Source: a bacterium
GTDB taxonomy: Bacteria > Patescibacteriota > Saccharimonadia > UBA4664
Direction: 5' to 3'
Length of the DNA stretch: 64,000 nt
NCBI GenBank assembly: GCA_016699105.1
Contig: CP064960.1
Span: forward strand, 8,727 to 72,726
Shown: piece after piece, positions 40,481 to 51,487 of the stretch
Position numbering within the stretch: the stretch's first letter is position 1
Layout of the letters: each line of letters begins with the position of its first letter
Program-made: the position numbers and the translations under genes
Notes under the pieces: model-generated
Told to the model about the DNA's origin: nothing
Database searches by the model: none
The model's input: only the letters and a program-made list of their open reading frames with translations

Positions 40481-40780
40481 TTACATTGGTAGCGCTTCGT
40501 AGACGCAAACGGCGGCTGCTTTGTCCTTCATGAGTGGACAGCCTTTAGCTAGTGCGGTGGCTTCGGCCATACTGTCGGCTTTCACAATTGTGTAACCAGT
40601 GGCCGGTTGATCTTTCACGGGCATGACACCGCCTTGGTGCACGGCTAGACCGCCGTCACCGAAGGGATTGCCGCCATCGATGAGCTTGTCACCCAGTTGA
40701 CCGAACCATTTGCCCCAGTCGGCAGAGCTGCCGTCATTGGTAGCACCGTTGGCATAGTAGATGAATACGAATTTACCCAT
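40481..40780 (-). CDS. YciI-like (YCII-related) small protein
   Basis: 99 aa matching the YCII-related domain pattern. Confidence 0.45.
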   Translation of the reverse strand: MGKFVFIYYANGATNDGSSADWGKWFGQLGDKLIDGGNPFGDGGLAVHQGGVMPVKDQPATGYTIVKADSMAEATALAKGCPLMKDKAAAVCVYEALPM

Positions 40781-40828
40781 TGCTTGTTGTTCTCCTTAAA
40801 TTATTAACTTTGGCCGATGTTTCCAGAT

Positions 40829-41167
40829 TTATTCCTTCATTCTGGAAATGTAATTGTCCAAGGTAGCTTCTGGACTCCCCCAGTTGACGTGATATTGCAT
40901 GATCCAGCTTTGCGCCAATCCGAGCGTGGCACCATTGAGGGTCACAAAGTTGGTGCGGCCGGACTTGCGGCGCACAATCAACCCGGCAGATTCCAGCTGC
41001 CGGATGTGTTTATGGATAGCTGGCAGTGACAACCCCTGGTCGCGCGCCAACTGCCCGACTGTAGCGGGCGTAAGCGCAAGTTCATGGACAATGCCCCGGC
41101 GTTTGGAATTGGCCAAGGCGTCCATGATGCTATCGAGTTGGGGTGATTCGTGGATTGATGTTGTCAT
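40829..41167 (-). CDS. ArsR/SmtB-family transcriptional regulator
   Basis: HTH region VGQLARDQGLSLPAIHKHIRQLESAGLI. Confidence 0.65.
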   Translation of the reverse strand: MTTSIHESPQLDSIMDALANSKRRGIVHELALTPATVGQLARDQGLSLPAIHKHIRQLESAGLIVRRKSGRTNFVTLNGATLGLAQSWIMQYHVNWGSPEATLDNYISRMKE

Positions 41168-41282
41168 AATAGTTAACTGTTTGGTTAACTATAATCGTCC
41201 GAAGCGGTAGTGTCAATCCGTAATTATAAAATAGATAGACGGACGAGCCCATCAAGTCGATGTGAGCCTAAGTTTGAAATGC

Positions 41283-41549
41283 TTACTTGGTGGCTACTTC
41301 TTTGTCTATACGTTCGCTCAAGTACATCTTCATCAAAGACTGATACGGTACATCTTTTTCGTTGGCTATCTCTTTGAGACGCGCGAGCATAGGTGACGGC
41401 AATCGGATAGATATCGATTCTGTGGTGAATTTAAGATTTGGAAATACTGTTTTCTGCGCCCCAGACCAATCAATATAGTCAGTAGAGTCATGAGTATCCC
41501 AAAACCGAGCTTCCTCGATCGAGTTTTTGAACTCAGGTATGTTTTTCAT
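41283..41549 (-). CDS. brnA: BrnA antitoxin (CopG-like)
   Basis: FWDTHDSTDYIDW...VFPNLK...ISIRLP...PYQSLMKMYL matches BrnA; 17-nt overlap with brnT. Confidence 0.7.
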   Translation of the reverse strand: MKNIPEFKNSIEEARFWDTHDSTDYIDWSGAQKTVFPNLKFTTESISIRLPSPMLARLKEIANEKDVPYQSLMKMYLSERIDKEVATK

Positions 41550-41832
41550 AGGCTTGCTCCTCCTGCGGAGTCATATCGCGAATGGAAATGACTCTGATTT
41601 TATGATTACGCAAAGTGAAGGCGATGAATAATTTCCGACCAACTTTGGTCTGGCCAAGAGCTTGGATGCGTTCTTCGACTTTCGTGGAATGGTGATCGTC
41701 GCGACGAGCGACAAGGGGCGAATTGGCAAATAATTCCTCGGCTTCTTGGGCGGTCACACCATGCTTCTTGTGATTCTTGTCGAGATTAGCGTTGCCCCAA
41801 TCAAAGCCTTCAAATTCCGGAAGTATCTGCAT
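41533..41832 (-). CDS. brnT: BrnT toxin (DUF497 ribonuclease)
   Basis: FEGFDWGNANLDKNHKKHGVTAQEAEELF...RKLFIAFTLRNHKIRVISIRDMTPQE. Confidence 0.75.
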   Translation of the reverse strand: MQILPEFEGFDWGNANLDKNHKKHGVTAQEAEELFANSPLVARRDDHHSTKVEERIQALGQTKVGRKLFIAFTLRNHKIRVISIRDMTPQEEQAYEKHT

Positions 41833-41846
41833 GAAATTAGTATATC

Positions 41847-42335
41847 TCAGTCATATACAAATATCAATACCGGCCCATGCCACTTATCGTTCGTTAGTAC
41901 GGTAGCTTTGAATTGTCCATGCGTCACATGAGTCACTACTTTGTGCCAAAAATTGATTACTGGCAGGTTTGATGCCATTTGCGCCACTTCCCACTTACCA
42001 GGAAACTTTGCAAATACGAGTGTGGCAGCTTGCTCACCTATTCTTTGCTTCCGAAATGCTGGCTTGATATAAAATTCAGCGATTGAGTGAGCTTGTGGCT
42101 CTATTAGGGTGTGGGTGTTAACCAAGGCAAAGCCTGCTACCTCATCGCCTGCCATAATGAAATAAGCCGCGCGTTCTGGGTCAGAAAAATAGCTCGGTAA
42201 ATATTTATAAGATTGGACTTCTGCAACACTTTGCCCGCTATAGGGTATCAATTCTAATTGATAGTCAGCCAGGAGTTCCGCCAAGTCGGATTTATGGCTG
42301 GCGGACACTGAAATAATATGGATAGGATTATTCAT
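41847..42335 (-). CDS. GNAT-family N-acetyltransferase
   Basis: 162 aa with motif A-like RKQRIGEQAATLVF. Confidence 0.5.
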   Translation of the reverse strand: MNNPIHIISVSASHKSDLAELLADYQLELIPYSGQSVAEVQSYKYLPSYFSDPERAAYFIMAGDEVAGFALVNTHTLIEPQAHSIAEFYIKPAFRKQRIGEQAATLVFAKFPGKWEVAQMASNLPVINFWHKVVTHVTHGQFKATVLTNDKWHGPVLIFVYD

Positions 42336-42387
42336 CAGGTTTAGTATAACTTATGTACATGGGTGACAAATGGGTTAAGCTTTCATC

Positions 42388-43371
42388 ATGATAACCCCGG
42401 AATCAGAGCCATCGATGCCATCAATCAACGGTATGGAGTTTACGGACGTACACCAACAAGAACTTAGGTCGCGACTGCAGGCCGAAAATCGCCTTGAGCC
42501 CGAGCGAATTGAGTTGCGCGAGCGGGCCGCGATCGTGCGGTATAAGCCGGAATATCCGCGGGTTGATGAATCGACGGTACATTCGTCTGATCCGGCCATT
42601 CCTTTAGTGTTTATTCGCGGTATGGGCGAGTCGGCGGCCGATGAATGGTACCTGGAAACGCTGGCTCGCATGGAACAGCGGGAAGTGATTGGCGTGGTGT
42701 ATGATGGACGGCTTCAAGGCAAAGCCCGCCCGGCCAAGGTTGAGGGCTTGGAAGGGACGATTTCAGAAATAGACGTTACCGAAGCGGCCGATGTGGCAGC
42801 CGCCTTGGAAAAGCTGGGCATCACGCAAGTGGATTTGGCGGCGGAATCACGCGGCGCGCAAGCAGCAATTATGCTCATGCGCGGTCACCCCGAATTGGTA
42901 CGCAACGCTACGCTCGAGCATCCGGGTAGCTTAAACCGGCGCACTCCTCGGCAGCGGTATGTTGATGCGGCGCGGGAGGGTGTTGCACGGATTTACCGGA
43001 ACATGCGTACTAGCCAGAAGCATCGCGTTCCCGAAGCGGTTGGAGTAGCTCATGACGAAGGCATAATGCTGCGGATGCGCAATAGCCATACCGAGCAACT
43101 TGCGGTAGCCAGGGCCCGGCTTGAGGATGAGTTTGCTCAATTGAGTCCTAATATCCACGTGATTGTAACTGGCGACCGGGATGACAAAGCATTCCGATCC
43201 GAAGACTTGGCTGAAACAGTGCGCATAGCGCAGGCAGCCGGAGCGCAGGTGGAGTATGAAGAGACGAGTTGGGGCGGACACGGACTACGCTATAACGGGC
43301 AGTCGATGCAAGAGATGGCGGACAGGTTACGGCGACTCGAACGCAGCCGGGCTACTGAGTTAGCAGACTAG
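42388..43371 (+). CDS. Alpha/beta-hydrolase fold protein
   Basis: Nucleophile elbow-like AAESRGAQ, core-fold length. Confidence 0.35.
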   Translation: MITPESEPSMPSINGMEFTDVHQQELRSRLQAENRLEPERIELRERAAIVRYKPEYPRVDESTVHSSDPAIPLVFIRGMGESAADEWYLETLARMEQREVIGVVYDGRLQGKARPAKVEGLEGTISEIDVTEAADVAAALEKLGITQVDLAAESRGAQAAIMLMRGHPELVRNATLEHPGSLNRRTPRQRYVDAAREGVARIYRNMRTSQKHRVPEAVGVAHDEGIMLRMRNSHTEQLAVARARLEDEFAQLSPNIHVIVTGDRDDKAFRSEDLAETVRIAQAAGAQVEYEETSWGGHGLRYNGQSMQEMADRLRRLERSRATELAD

Positions 43372-43677
43372 GCGTCGCCTCGTCCAATCAGCGACCGTAT
43401 TCAGCGAGAAAAACTCCGCGCCAGAGGCATTATTGTGGTGGCTCCGCCCCACTGGCGCCAGCGTCGCCACGTCATAGCAAGTTGGCAGCAGTCCCTGTTG
43501 TACAAACGAGCCAAGATTGAAGCTACCTTTGACCACTTAAGAAGATCATATACCTCTAGTGCGCTTGTTTCCAGGAAGCGTGAACGAGTATTTACTGCAT
43601 TACGTCAGGATTTTATTGGGTTACCAGATGGAGATGGGTTTTTAGATTCACGGTCAATATGTGATCAGCCTCCTAGA

Positions 43678-44322
43678 CTAATGCCTAGGAGGCTGATTAT
43701 TCACCAACCCTTCCGTTGTAAGGAAATCGTTCCTCCAGCCATAGCCGTCTGCAGGCCCACGACCGGGCCGGCGGGGATCTATTACTGGGCGAGTTTTGTA
43801 TCTTTCCAAACTTGCCCAGTCTGCTGGCCGAGGTCGATCGGGCTTTGGACAGCGGTTCACCTCCGATGCTTGATAGACATAAGTCTCCATGTCGTAGCAG
43901 CTAACGTAGACTTCCTTAGCTACCGGAACAGCCTCGACGCCAGCGCGTAGCACGAACTCACCTGGTATCGCGTGATAAGGCTCAAACATTCGCCGATCAA
44001 CGAGATAAATGGAACCACCAGGATTGAGCACGGCTGCCTTGAGCACACTAGGAATGGCAAAAAACTCATGCCAAATCGTTCCATCCGGATCTTTATACGT
44101 GTGCCAGCCTGACCAGCGATCCCGGCTCCAGATTGCAGCCGCAAAAATAGCCACGTCAGTACTTACTGTCGCAAACACTGTCGACGGCACGAGGATTGGC
44201 CGACCGAAGGCATCCTCAGAATATATACTGTTCGAGTTTTTTGGTCGTAGCTCGGTCAGCCCCCGGACGGGCAGCCCGCACATGAGTAGATCATTCTTCT
44301 GGGCGAATCGGTCGAGGTTCAC
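43678..44322 (-). CDS. Hypothetical protein
   Basis: 214-aa ORF. Confidence 0.3.
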   Translation of the reverse strand: MNLDRFAQKNDLLMCGLPVRGLTELRPKNSNSIYSEDAFGRPILVPSTVFATVSTDVAIFAAAIWSRDRWSGWHTYKDPDGTIWHEFFAIPSVLKAAVLNPGGSIYLVDRRMFEPYHAIPGEFVLRAGVEAVPVAKEVYVSCYDMETYVYQASEVNRCPKPDRPRPADWASLERYKTRPVIDPRRPGRGPADGYGWRNDFLTTEGLVNNQPPRH

Positions 44323-44471
44323 AGAACCTCCTCTCGCGTTGGGCTCCGCAAAAAGATCTTACCCGGCAAAGCACCCTGTTACAAGCAAGATATAGTGCAG
44401 CCTGAGATTGAGAGATTTGTTGCTACCCCTCGAGAAGATCATTCACTGAGCGGCTGAGAGTATAAATTTCA

Positions 44472-44999
44472 CTATGGCATTAACTGCTGAAGCACAAGCT
44501 GATAAGTTTTGCTAACGTCATTACTATCAATAAAGCTATGGGGGTAGACCTTTGCTTCCCGAATCAGATAGTCTTGCCATTCCATGAACCCGGCGCGTTG
44601 TTTTGTAGATTTACCAAAGGGGTTTTGCCTATCTGGGCTCTGTAGATTACGCAAAAGCTCTGCTTGAGTTTTGCGGAGTAAAATGACCCGGTCGAACAAC
44701 CGGTAGCAGTCAGCGATATTTTCTGATGAGCCACAAATTATGCCTTCGGGATTATCTTTAATCCATTGCTGGAGCCTGCCGGTTCTCCAGTACCAGCCAT
44801 GTTTCTTGTACCAATTATCATCACTGATCATGGTAACTTCATCGACTAAGCCAATGGTCTTTCCGGAGGCAAATTCCCTCCACTCACATAGGCCAGGCAT
44901 GTCATCTGCATCACAAAACCGCCTGTCGCCTTGGCTTTTTGCGTAGTTCACGAGCGTGGTTTTACCTGAACCTGGAGTGCCGGTGATTAGGGTGCTCAT
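44472..44999 (-). CDS. P-loop NTPase/kinase-like protein
   Basis: Walker A GTPGSGKTT at N-terminus; Walker B-like LVDEV. Confidence 0.5.
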   Translation of the reverse strand: MSTLITGTPGSGKTTLVNYAKSQGDRRFCDADDMPGLCEWREFASGKTIGLVDEVTMISDDNWYKKHGWYWRTGRLQQWIKDNPEGIICGSSENIADCYRLFDRVILLRKTQAELLRNLQSPDRQNPFGKSTKQRAGFMEWQDYLIREAKVYPHSFIDSNDVSKTYQLVLQQLMP

Positions 45000-45014
45000 C
45001 GCGTTTAGTTTAAC

Positions 45015-45782
45015 TTAGATTTTAGGATATTTTAGGTCTAGGCGATCTACACCATCCAAAAACTCACCAACTGCCTGGTTAATTTCAGCGATAATTTCAG
45101 GGCGGCGGCGGTAGAGATGATCAGAGTCAACGGTAATAAACTTTTTAGGCTGGGCCGCCTGATCATAGGCTGTTTGGACGACGTCTGCCGTTACGGTTGT
45201 ATCTTGAAGACCGGCGATGAATAACTGGGGTTTATGTAGTACTCGTAAGTCGGCGGTCATATCGTATTGTTGGGTATCTTCAACGACCGAATACGGCACT
45301 TTGAAGTGGCGCTTCTCGTTGCGCCGTACCGGATTTGTCACAGCGAATTCGCGGTGGCCGGCTGCTTTCCATTCTACTATCGGATGAATTGTACTGGCTG
45401 CGGGGGCATATGAGGCTTTCGACATAATGGCTGCAAAGGCAAACACCTCGGGACAGTGAATAGCGGCTAGCATAGCCATACTGCCGCCGCGACTAGTTCC
45501 GAGTGTAAAAGTTGGTCGAGAGCCATAGTACTCGATTATTTCTTTGATGGCGAGTAGCCAGTTCGTCATGGTGTATTGCTCAATGCGCCCATCACTTTCC
45601 CATGTCCCTGGCGGGTCGAATGACAAAGCATAAAATCCCTTGGTAGCCAGGTATTCAACATGGGATTTCATGTGGGAATGGTTTTTAGAGTCAAGAAATC
45701 CAGGGAGCACGATCGCAACCTTCTCGGCGGTCTCATTGCCTTGAGCGTAAACCGCCAGATGAAAGTTGTGTGTTTGGATCAT
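45015..45782 (-). CDS. Alpha/beta hydrolase
   Basis: GTSRGG nucleophile elbow, fold-typical length. Confidence 0.55.
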   Translation of the reverse strand: MIQTHNFHLAVYAQGNETAEKVAIVLPGFLDSKNHSHMKSHVEYLATKGFYALSFDPPGTWESDGRIEQYTMTNWLLAIKEIIEYYGSRPTFTLGTSRGGSMAMLAAIHCPEVFAFAAIMSKASYAPAASTIHPIVEWKAAGHREFAVTNPVRRNEKRHFKVPYSVVEDTQQYDMTADLRVLHKPQLFIAGLQDTTVTADVVQTAYDQAAQPKKFITVDSDHLYRRRPEIIAEINQAVGEFLDGVDRLDLKYPKI

Positions 45783-45824
45783 AGCAGCAGTATAGCAAAC
45801 GTAATTCAGCTCGGTTCTGCTTAT

Positions 45825-46082
45825 TTAATACAATTGACTATGTGTGCCGATAAATCCAAAGATGATCACTACATCGCCCTTGACGGTATAAATTGCTCGA
45901 ATATCACCATTCACATCAATGCTGCGGTATCCTAAATATTTGCCTTTGAGGGCATGGTTCCTTAACGAAATATCGAAAGGGCTGACCCTGAATAGTTCAA
46001 TGCGATTCTTGAACTGATTTTTAACTTTTAGGTCGAGTTTTGCATATTGTTTATCAAAAGTCTTGGTAGTCTGAATGATCAT
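45825..46082 (-). CDS. RelE/YafQ-family mRNA interferase toxin
   Basis: LKGKYLGYRSIDVNGDIRAIYTV...IGTHSQLY matches the YafQ/RelE C-terminal catalytic region. Confidence 0.7.
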   Translation of the reverse strand: MIIQTTKTFDKQYAKLDLKVKNQFKNRIELFRVSPFDISLRNHALKGKYLGYRSIDVNGDIRAIYTVKGDVVIIFGFIGTHSQLY

Positions 46083-46083
46083 T

Positions 46084-46356
46084 TCAGATTGTCGAGGTGA
46101 GTAAACATTTCTTCGAGCGTGTTGAACGGCTCACTCACGTTACCGGTGGCGATTTCTGATTCGGCTTGAGCTATCACTTTTTCCATTTTTCGGTCATCGG
46201 TTCAGTGGTGGTGAAGTGCACACTGCCAGTACTGCTTAGCTCATAGAGATAAGCGTTGAGCAAATTACTGAGTGGTATACCAAGCCTACCCGCGACATCC
46301 TGGGCTTTGCGCTTGGTGGCTTCGTCAGTTTTAAAATTGATGGTGGCGGTTTTCAT
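46084..46356 (-). CDS. DinJ/RelB-family antitoxin, frameshift near 46175-46195
   Basis: N-terminal RHH-like part (ORF 46174..46356). C-terminal toxin-binding tail MEKVIAQAESEIATGNVSEPFNTLEEMFTHLDNLK in a second frame (46084-46191). Confidence 0.55.
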
Positions 46357-46445
46357 GTAGTCTATTGTATATATAATAGACTTTTATGTCAATTTAGCAT
46401 AAATTCTATGGAGGGTCATCTAGGGTTGCTGCTGGGCAGATATTA

Positions 46446-46490
46446 CCAATACAAAACCCCCCACCAGGCTGGGTGGGGGTTTTGTATTGG
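46446..46490 (-). terminator. Rho-independent terminator hairpin for tRNA-Lys (20-bp stem, U tract), begins at the CCA
   Basis: ccaatacaaaaccccccacc / ggtgggggttttgtattgg inverted repeat followed on the minus strand by UAAUAU. Confidence 0.6.
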
Positions 46491-46564
46491 AGGGCCATCT
46501 GGGGCTCGAACCCAGGACACGCTGCTTAAGAGGCAGCTGCTCTAACCAACTGAGCTAATGGCCC
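46488..46564 (-). tRNA. tRNA-Lys (anticodon CTT)
   Basis: GGGCCATTAGCTCAGTTGGTTAGAGCAGCTGCCTCTTAAGCAGCG...GGTTCGAGCCCCAGATGGCCCTCCA; anticodon loop cTCTTaa. Confidence 0.85.
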
Positions 46565-46637
46565 GTAATTGTGTTGTATACAACTTTGATTTTATACCAC
46601 ACTTTCGTACATTTACCAAGGCTCGCCGACTACTGGC

Positions 46638-48128
46638 TCACCGTTCCACGTGTTTATCTGTTTGGCAAAAAATCTCGATCGAGGTTTTGTAGCCGTAATT
46701 CGTGCGTTGTTGAGATTGATACTGGTGCGAAGTGAGGTACTGGCGAAGCAGATTATCATGAGCCGGATTGTTGGTCACCAAGATAATTTGCGGTGGGTTA
46801 CCAGCCAATGGGGCGTCGAGTTCAGCTAGATTTGTAGCGGTAATTGATCGATCATGTAAGACAGAAGCCTGCGGAAATGGCAGGATCGTGCGAATTTGAT
46901 CGTGAGTATAATACGGATAAATGAACTGACCGTTATAACCCTGATGAAAAATAATGATATCCCGAGCATCGGAGCGGGCATTGATCTCAGTAGTGACTTG
47001 CTGCCAATCAACAGCCAGTCGGGTATGCAATTGTTGCCACGTACCTAGGCCGTTCATTATCAGAATCCAAACAACGAGACAAGCCTGCAACTTGATAGGC
47101 TTGATGATTAAGATTGAAGCGGCGATGATGATATTCCATAATGCAGCCTGAACTATTAGGTGGCGGGTAGAGGTGGATGGGAATACCGTCAGGGAGACCG
47201 CGTACGACAGAAGAATCGGGATGATGGTCATGATTCGTATCCAGATGTGGTTTGTTGTCCGAAGCGCGCGGTTGACTAGCGGCAAGCTGATAATGGCCAG
47301 TGCTGCCAATCCAACTGTCCAGTCGCCGAAGAGATCATGGCTAAACTCGATAAATGTCGGTGGCACCAGCCAGGTGCGTTGGCGGGCATTGAGTTGTTGG
47401 ACTACGATTGCGAGCCAGGGCAAAAAGGTCAAAATAGGCACAACTATAACAAAAACTGCCGACCAAATCTGCCGGGCATGAACGGGTTTCGGACGTTGCC
47501 GACGATACCAGACCCAGGCGGTAGCTAAGCAAAGCGCTAGAGTCGCAACAATGTATAAGCCAAATACATGCGTATAAACGAGGCTAATATTGGCAACAAT
47601 AGTGAATAAGACAAGGCCAATCGGTGGTCGGGGTGAGCGCACAATCCGGACAATTCCGTAAAGTGAGAGCAATCCCAATAGCTCCAGTAGTGTGTACATG
47701 CGGGCGGTTTGCGATTGTACGACGTGAATTGGACCAACGGCCGTCAGGAGTGCCGCCAAGACAGCGGGGCGCTTTCCAAACATTTCTTTGGCGAATAGGT
47801 AGACCATAGCCACTGCTGCCGTACCAAATAGCCACGATAATGATCTGACGGCAATCTCTGAATGTCCGAACCAGGAAATCCAGGCGTGCAGCATCAGAAA
47901 GTATAATGGCGGATGATTATCTAAGGCGATCAACCGAATGATATCCGACAGCGGTAATCTGGCCAAGCTGACGGAATAAGCTTCGTCGACGGATAGGCTA
48001 AACCAGACCGGATTCCAAGTACGGATGGCCAACGCTACAACTACTAGGCTTAGTAGCCACAGCCAAGCGGGCAATGGTCGAAACTTGAGGTGACGCATAG
48101 CTCTAGAATACGACCTAAAGCCGAGCAA
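46638..48128 (-). CDS. GT39/GT83-family glycosyltransferase (ArnT/PMT-like)
   Basis: Polytopic, N-terminal loop with VDEAYS (DE motif), about 12 TM helices. Confidence 0.65.
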   Translation of the reverse strand: MLGFRSYSRAMRHLKFRPLPAWLWLLSLVVVALAIRTWNPVWFSLSVDEAYSVSLARLPLSDIIRLIALDNHPPLYFLMLHAWISWFGHSEIAVRSLSWLFGTAAVAMVYLFAKEMFGKRPAVLAALLTAVGPIHVVQSQTARMYTLLELLGLLSLYGIVRIVRSPRPPIGLVLFTIVANISLVYTHVFGLYIVATLALCLATAWVWYRRQRPKPVHARQIWSAVFVIVVPILTFLPWLAIVVQQLNARQRTWLVPPTFIEFSHDLFGDWTVGLAALAIISLPLVNRALRTTNHIWIRIMTIIPILLSYAVSLTVFPSTSTRHLIVQAALWNIIIAASILIIKPIKLQACLVVWILIMNGLGTWQQLHTRLAVDWQQVTTEINARSDARDIIIFHQGYNGQFIYPYYTHDQIRTILPFPQASVLHDRSITATNLAELDAPLAGNPPQIILVTNNPAHDNLLRQYLTSHQYQSQQRTNYGYKTSIEIFCQTDKHVER

Positions 48129-48147
48129 GCCTACCTCAATAAAACCA

Positions 48148-48348
48148 AAATAAGCACCTACTGACGTAGATGCTTATTTTGGTGCGCCCGGCAGGATAGC
48201 GGCTTCGCCTTTTCCCTGCGGTGCTCGGAATATGCCCAAGCCAGCTTGGTCGCATTCCTGCGCTCCTCGTTTACCGAACCTGATGCAGGTTCTCACCCAC
48301 CGTGCGCCATAACCCAAAATAAGCACCTACTGACGTAGATGCTTATTT
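48148..48348 (-). ncRNA. tRNA-Arg-linked structured element E1. Terminator copy (48148-48179) + 137-nt element (48180-48316) ending in a copy of the tRNA-Arg 3' terminus ...atcctgccgggcgcacca + tRNA terminator (48317-48348)
   Basis: 49-nt direct repeat 48148-48196 = 48317-48365. Internal GNRA hairpin cgcaGGAAtgcg, covariation versus the second copy at 52 kb. Confidence 0.5.
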
Positions 48349-48424
48349 TGGTGCGCCCGGCAGGATTCGAACCTGCGACCCCTTGGTTCGAAGCCAAGTA
48401 CTCTATCCACTGAGCTACGAGCGC
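48349..48424 (-). tRNA. tRNA-Arg (anticodon TCG)
   Basis: GCGCTCGTAGCTCAGTGGATAGAGTACTTGGCTTCGAACCAAGGGGTCGCAGGTTCGAATCCTGCCGGGCGCACCA. Confidence 0.85.
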
Positions 48425-48469
48425 GCCTGGCTATTTTACTCTGTTGGCGAAATAGAGTCGAGAGTCTAA

Positions 48470-48929
48470 TCGCGTTTAGGTGTGACGGTCGCTACTTCGG
48501 CGTATCCGGCTGTCATCAAAATAGTGGCCACACTTTGGTTGCGGGCGGCATCTGGACCATAAATGTAGACTGGTTTTTGAGGTCGATCTTGGGTAATTCA
48601 CCGTCTTCGATGAGCGCAGCATCAAAGTTGACGGCACCTTTGGGATGCTTAGCTTTATAAGCGGCAGCCGTACGGACGTCTAATAAGACTCCTTGGCCTT
48701 TGGCGACTACAGTCGTAGCAGCAGCCAAGCTGACGGCCGTAGCTCCAGCCACCTGCGGCTGGGCAGTTGGAGTTGGTGAACTCAATGGTGCTACCGATGG
48801 TAATGGTGCTGGTGGGCGACTTGGTTGAACGACATGGGCTTGCTTGGTTCCCGAATAAAATCCCATGAAGCCAGCTACCACAGCCAGTACGCCGATACTA
48901 AGAGCTATAACGCTTACGGTAGCTTTCAT
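48470..48929 (-). CDS. Membrane-anchored rhodanese-like domain protein (active-site Cys apparently replaced), frameshift near 48570
   Basis: VLLDVRTAAAYKAKHPKGAVNF rhodanese N-motif. Alternative frame continues ...PVYIYGPDAARNQSVATILMTAGYAEV (CRSG loop position lacks Cys). Confidence 0.4.
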
Positions 48930-48977
48930 ACATAAATCATACCACGGTTATAGGCGAATGTACTGTATATTAAGGTT

Positions 48978-51487
48978 ATGCTTTTTTACCAAGAACGAAT
49001 CCAGGATTTATATCGCCGCCTGGAAACCAGCGAACAAGGCCTGAGCAACCACGAAGCGGCTGCTCGTCTAAAAAGTCATGGCCGCAATGAAATTGTGGTT
49101 AAAGGCGAGCCGTGGTGGCATCAGGTAGTAGAGCCATTCCGCAATGTGTTTATGCTCGTGCTACTCGGTGCGGCGGTATTGAGTCTAGCCACCGGCCATT
49201 TGACCGGCGGGATCATTGTGAGGGTGATCGTGGGCGTGAGCGCCGTGATTTTTTATGTGCAAAATTATTCGACATCCCGCGTGCTCAAGGCGCTGCGTCA
49301 ATACAATAAGCAGCTGGTAGAAGTCTGGCGCGGCGGCGAGGCCATTAGTGTAGCTTCGGAAGAATTAGTGCCAGGAGATGTCGTTGGTTGCCACGAGGGT
49401 GATAAAGTACCAGCGGATCTGCGGCTCGTGCGTGCCGATACCTTGCGCTGCGACGAGTCAATGTTGACTGGTGAAAGTTTGCCGACAACCAAACAATTGC
49501 ATCCGCTGACTGGTGAACATCAACCATTTGAGCAATCCAATATGTTGTTTCAGGGATCGTTCATTGTGAGCGGAGATAGTCTCGGCGTGGTGGTCGCTAC
49601 AGGTAACCAGACCGAATTTGGGCGGCTGGCAACTCTGGCTGAAGGTGAACGAATGACCAGTCCAGTGCAGGCTAAAATAAACAGATTAGTGACACAGTTG
49701 ATGTTGGCTGCCATTGGGTTGGCTGCCATCGTGTTGGCATTGGAATTGTTCCGCGGCATATCGCCAAGTGAGGCTATCCGGTTTGCTTTGAGCTTAACAG
49801 TGTCGCTGGTACCCGAAGATTTGCCCGTGGCATTATCGATTATTTTGGTACTGGGCGTGCGGCGTATGGCCAAGCGGCATGCTTTGGTGCGTAATATGCA
49901 AGCGATCGAAGACCTGGGTATGGTGACGGTCATTGCGACAGACAAAACTGGTACCTTGACCAAGAACCAACTAGCGGTTCATCAAATCTGGCAACCAGAA
50001 GGTGCTGGCCGGCGCGTAGTGGCGGCGGGACTCGCTGCACTAGCCGCCAATCAAACGGACGGCCGCACACACGACCCACTCGACCACGCCCTACTAGAAG
50101 CAGCGAAGCGGATGCGGGGTAAAATACCAAAATCGTACCGACTGCATGCTAGTTTACCTTTTGAACAAACAGCTGCCATGAGTGGTAATGTGTGGCGAGC
50201 TGGGCAAGGGTTTGAAATTGTTATCAAGGGCGCTCCAGAAGGAATATTCAAATTGAGCCGGTTAAGCGGGCAAGCCTTATCAGCGGCCGAAACGGCTTTT
50301 GAGCACCTGACGAGTCAAGGCTGGCGGGTGTTGGCACTGACTCATACGAGTACGCGCCGAGAAGTAGCCAAGCTCCATGAATTACCCAAGACTGGATGGG
50401 AATTTGACGGACTGCTAGCGGTCGCTGACGAGTTGCGACCAGAGGCTGCAGCCGCCATCAAAACAGCCCGGCAAGCTGGCATCGAAGTCATTATGATTAC
50501 CGGCGATCATCGTAATACGGCATATACTATCGGCAAACATTTAGGGTTAGTGACGACGCCAAACCAGGTACTTGATAGTTCACAAGCCGATTCAATGCCC
50601 GAAAGCGGGCTGAGGCGGGCATTGCAGACTGTGCGCGTATTTGCACGGGTAACGCCAGAGACGAAGTTCCGACTCCTGGGTGCCCTCAAGAAGCGTGAGA
50701 TTGCGGCTATAACTACGGCGACGGCGTCAATGATGTACCGGCTCTGCGCAACGCCCACGTCGGCATTGCGATGGGCAGTGGCTCAGCTTTGGCCCGTGAA
50801 GCCGGCGATATTGTGCTGCTTGATAATAATTTCAAAAGCATTGTGGAAGCCATTCGAGAAGGGCGGGCGATTGTGTCAAATATCCGGCGGATGCTGTTTT
50901 ATTTGCTATCGACCAGTGCTGGCGAAGTGCTCACGATGATCGGCGCGTTGGTATTGGGATTGCCGTTGCCAGTGGCAGCCGTGCAAATTTTGTGGATCAA
51001 CCTGGTGACCGATACGGCGTTGGTGATTCCGCTTGGGCTGGAGCCAGCTGAGCGTCACGCCATGAAGACTCCCCCGCGCGACCCCAAAGCCCCCATTTTG
51101 GACCCGGTGATGATCGTACGGATGGTATTGGTAGCGGCCGTCATGGCCAGTGCGGCCCTAGCGACCTTCCACTATTTGTTGCAAAACCACACGACTGAAT
51201 ATGCCCGGACGGTGACATTCTCCGTGCTGGTAGTCTGCCAATGGGCGAATGCGCTCAATGCTCGAGCGGAAGTGGCTTCAGCCTTTAGCCGATTGCGGGT
51301 GCCCAACAAGAGTCTGGCCTTTGGTTTGAGCGCTGCCCTAGTGATGCAAATACTGGCTTTGACGATACTGGCGCCCTTACTGTACCTGGTGCCCGTAGCT
51401 TGGACCGATGTTGTGCTCTATAGCGCCTTGGGAGCAGTGGCGGTGATAGCCGTGAGTGAGCTGCACAAATTGACAGTGCGGCGGTAA
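48978..51487 (+). CDS. Cation-transporting P-type ATPase (P2-type), frameshift(s) near 50700-50770
   Basis: DKTGTLT phosphorylation motif, TGES, MITGDH; GDGVNDVPAL hinge motif readable only in an alternative frame at about 50715-50760. Confidence 0.8.

Noticed and set aside
40394-40508. Longer PadR start (M at 40508 or 40394)
   Set aside because: The upstream extension is not PadR-like, and the ATG at 40392-40394 falls inside the spacer of a near-consensus promoter.
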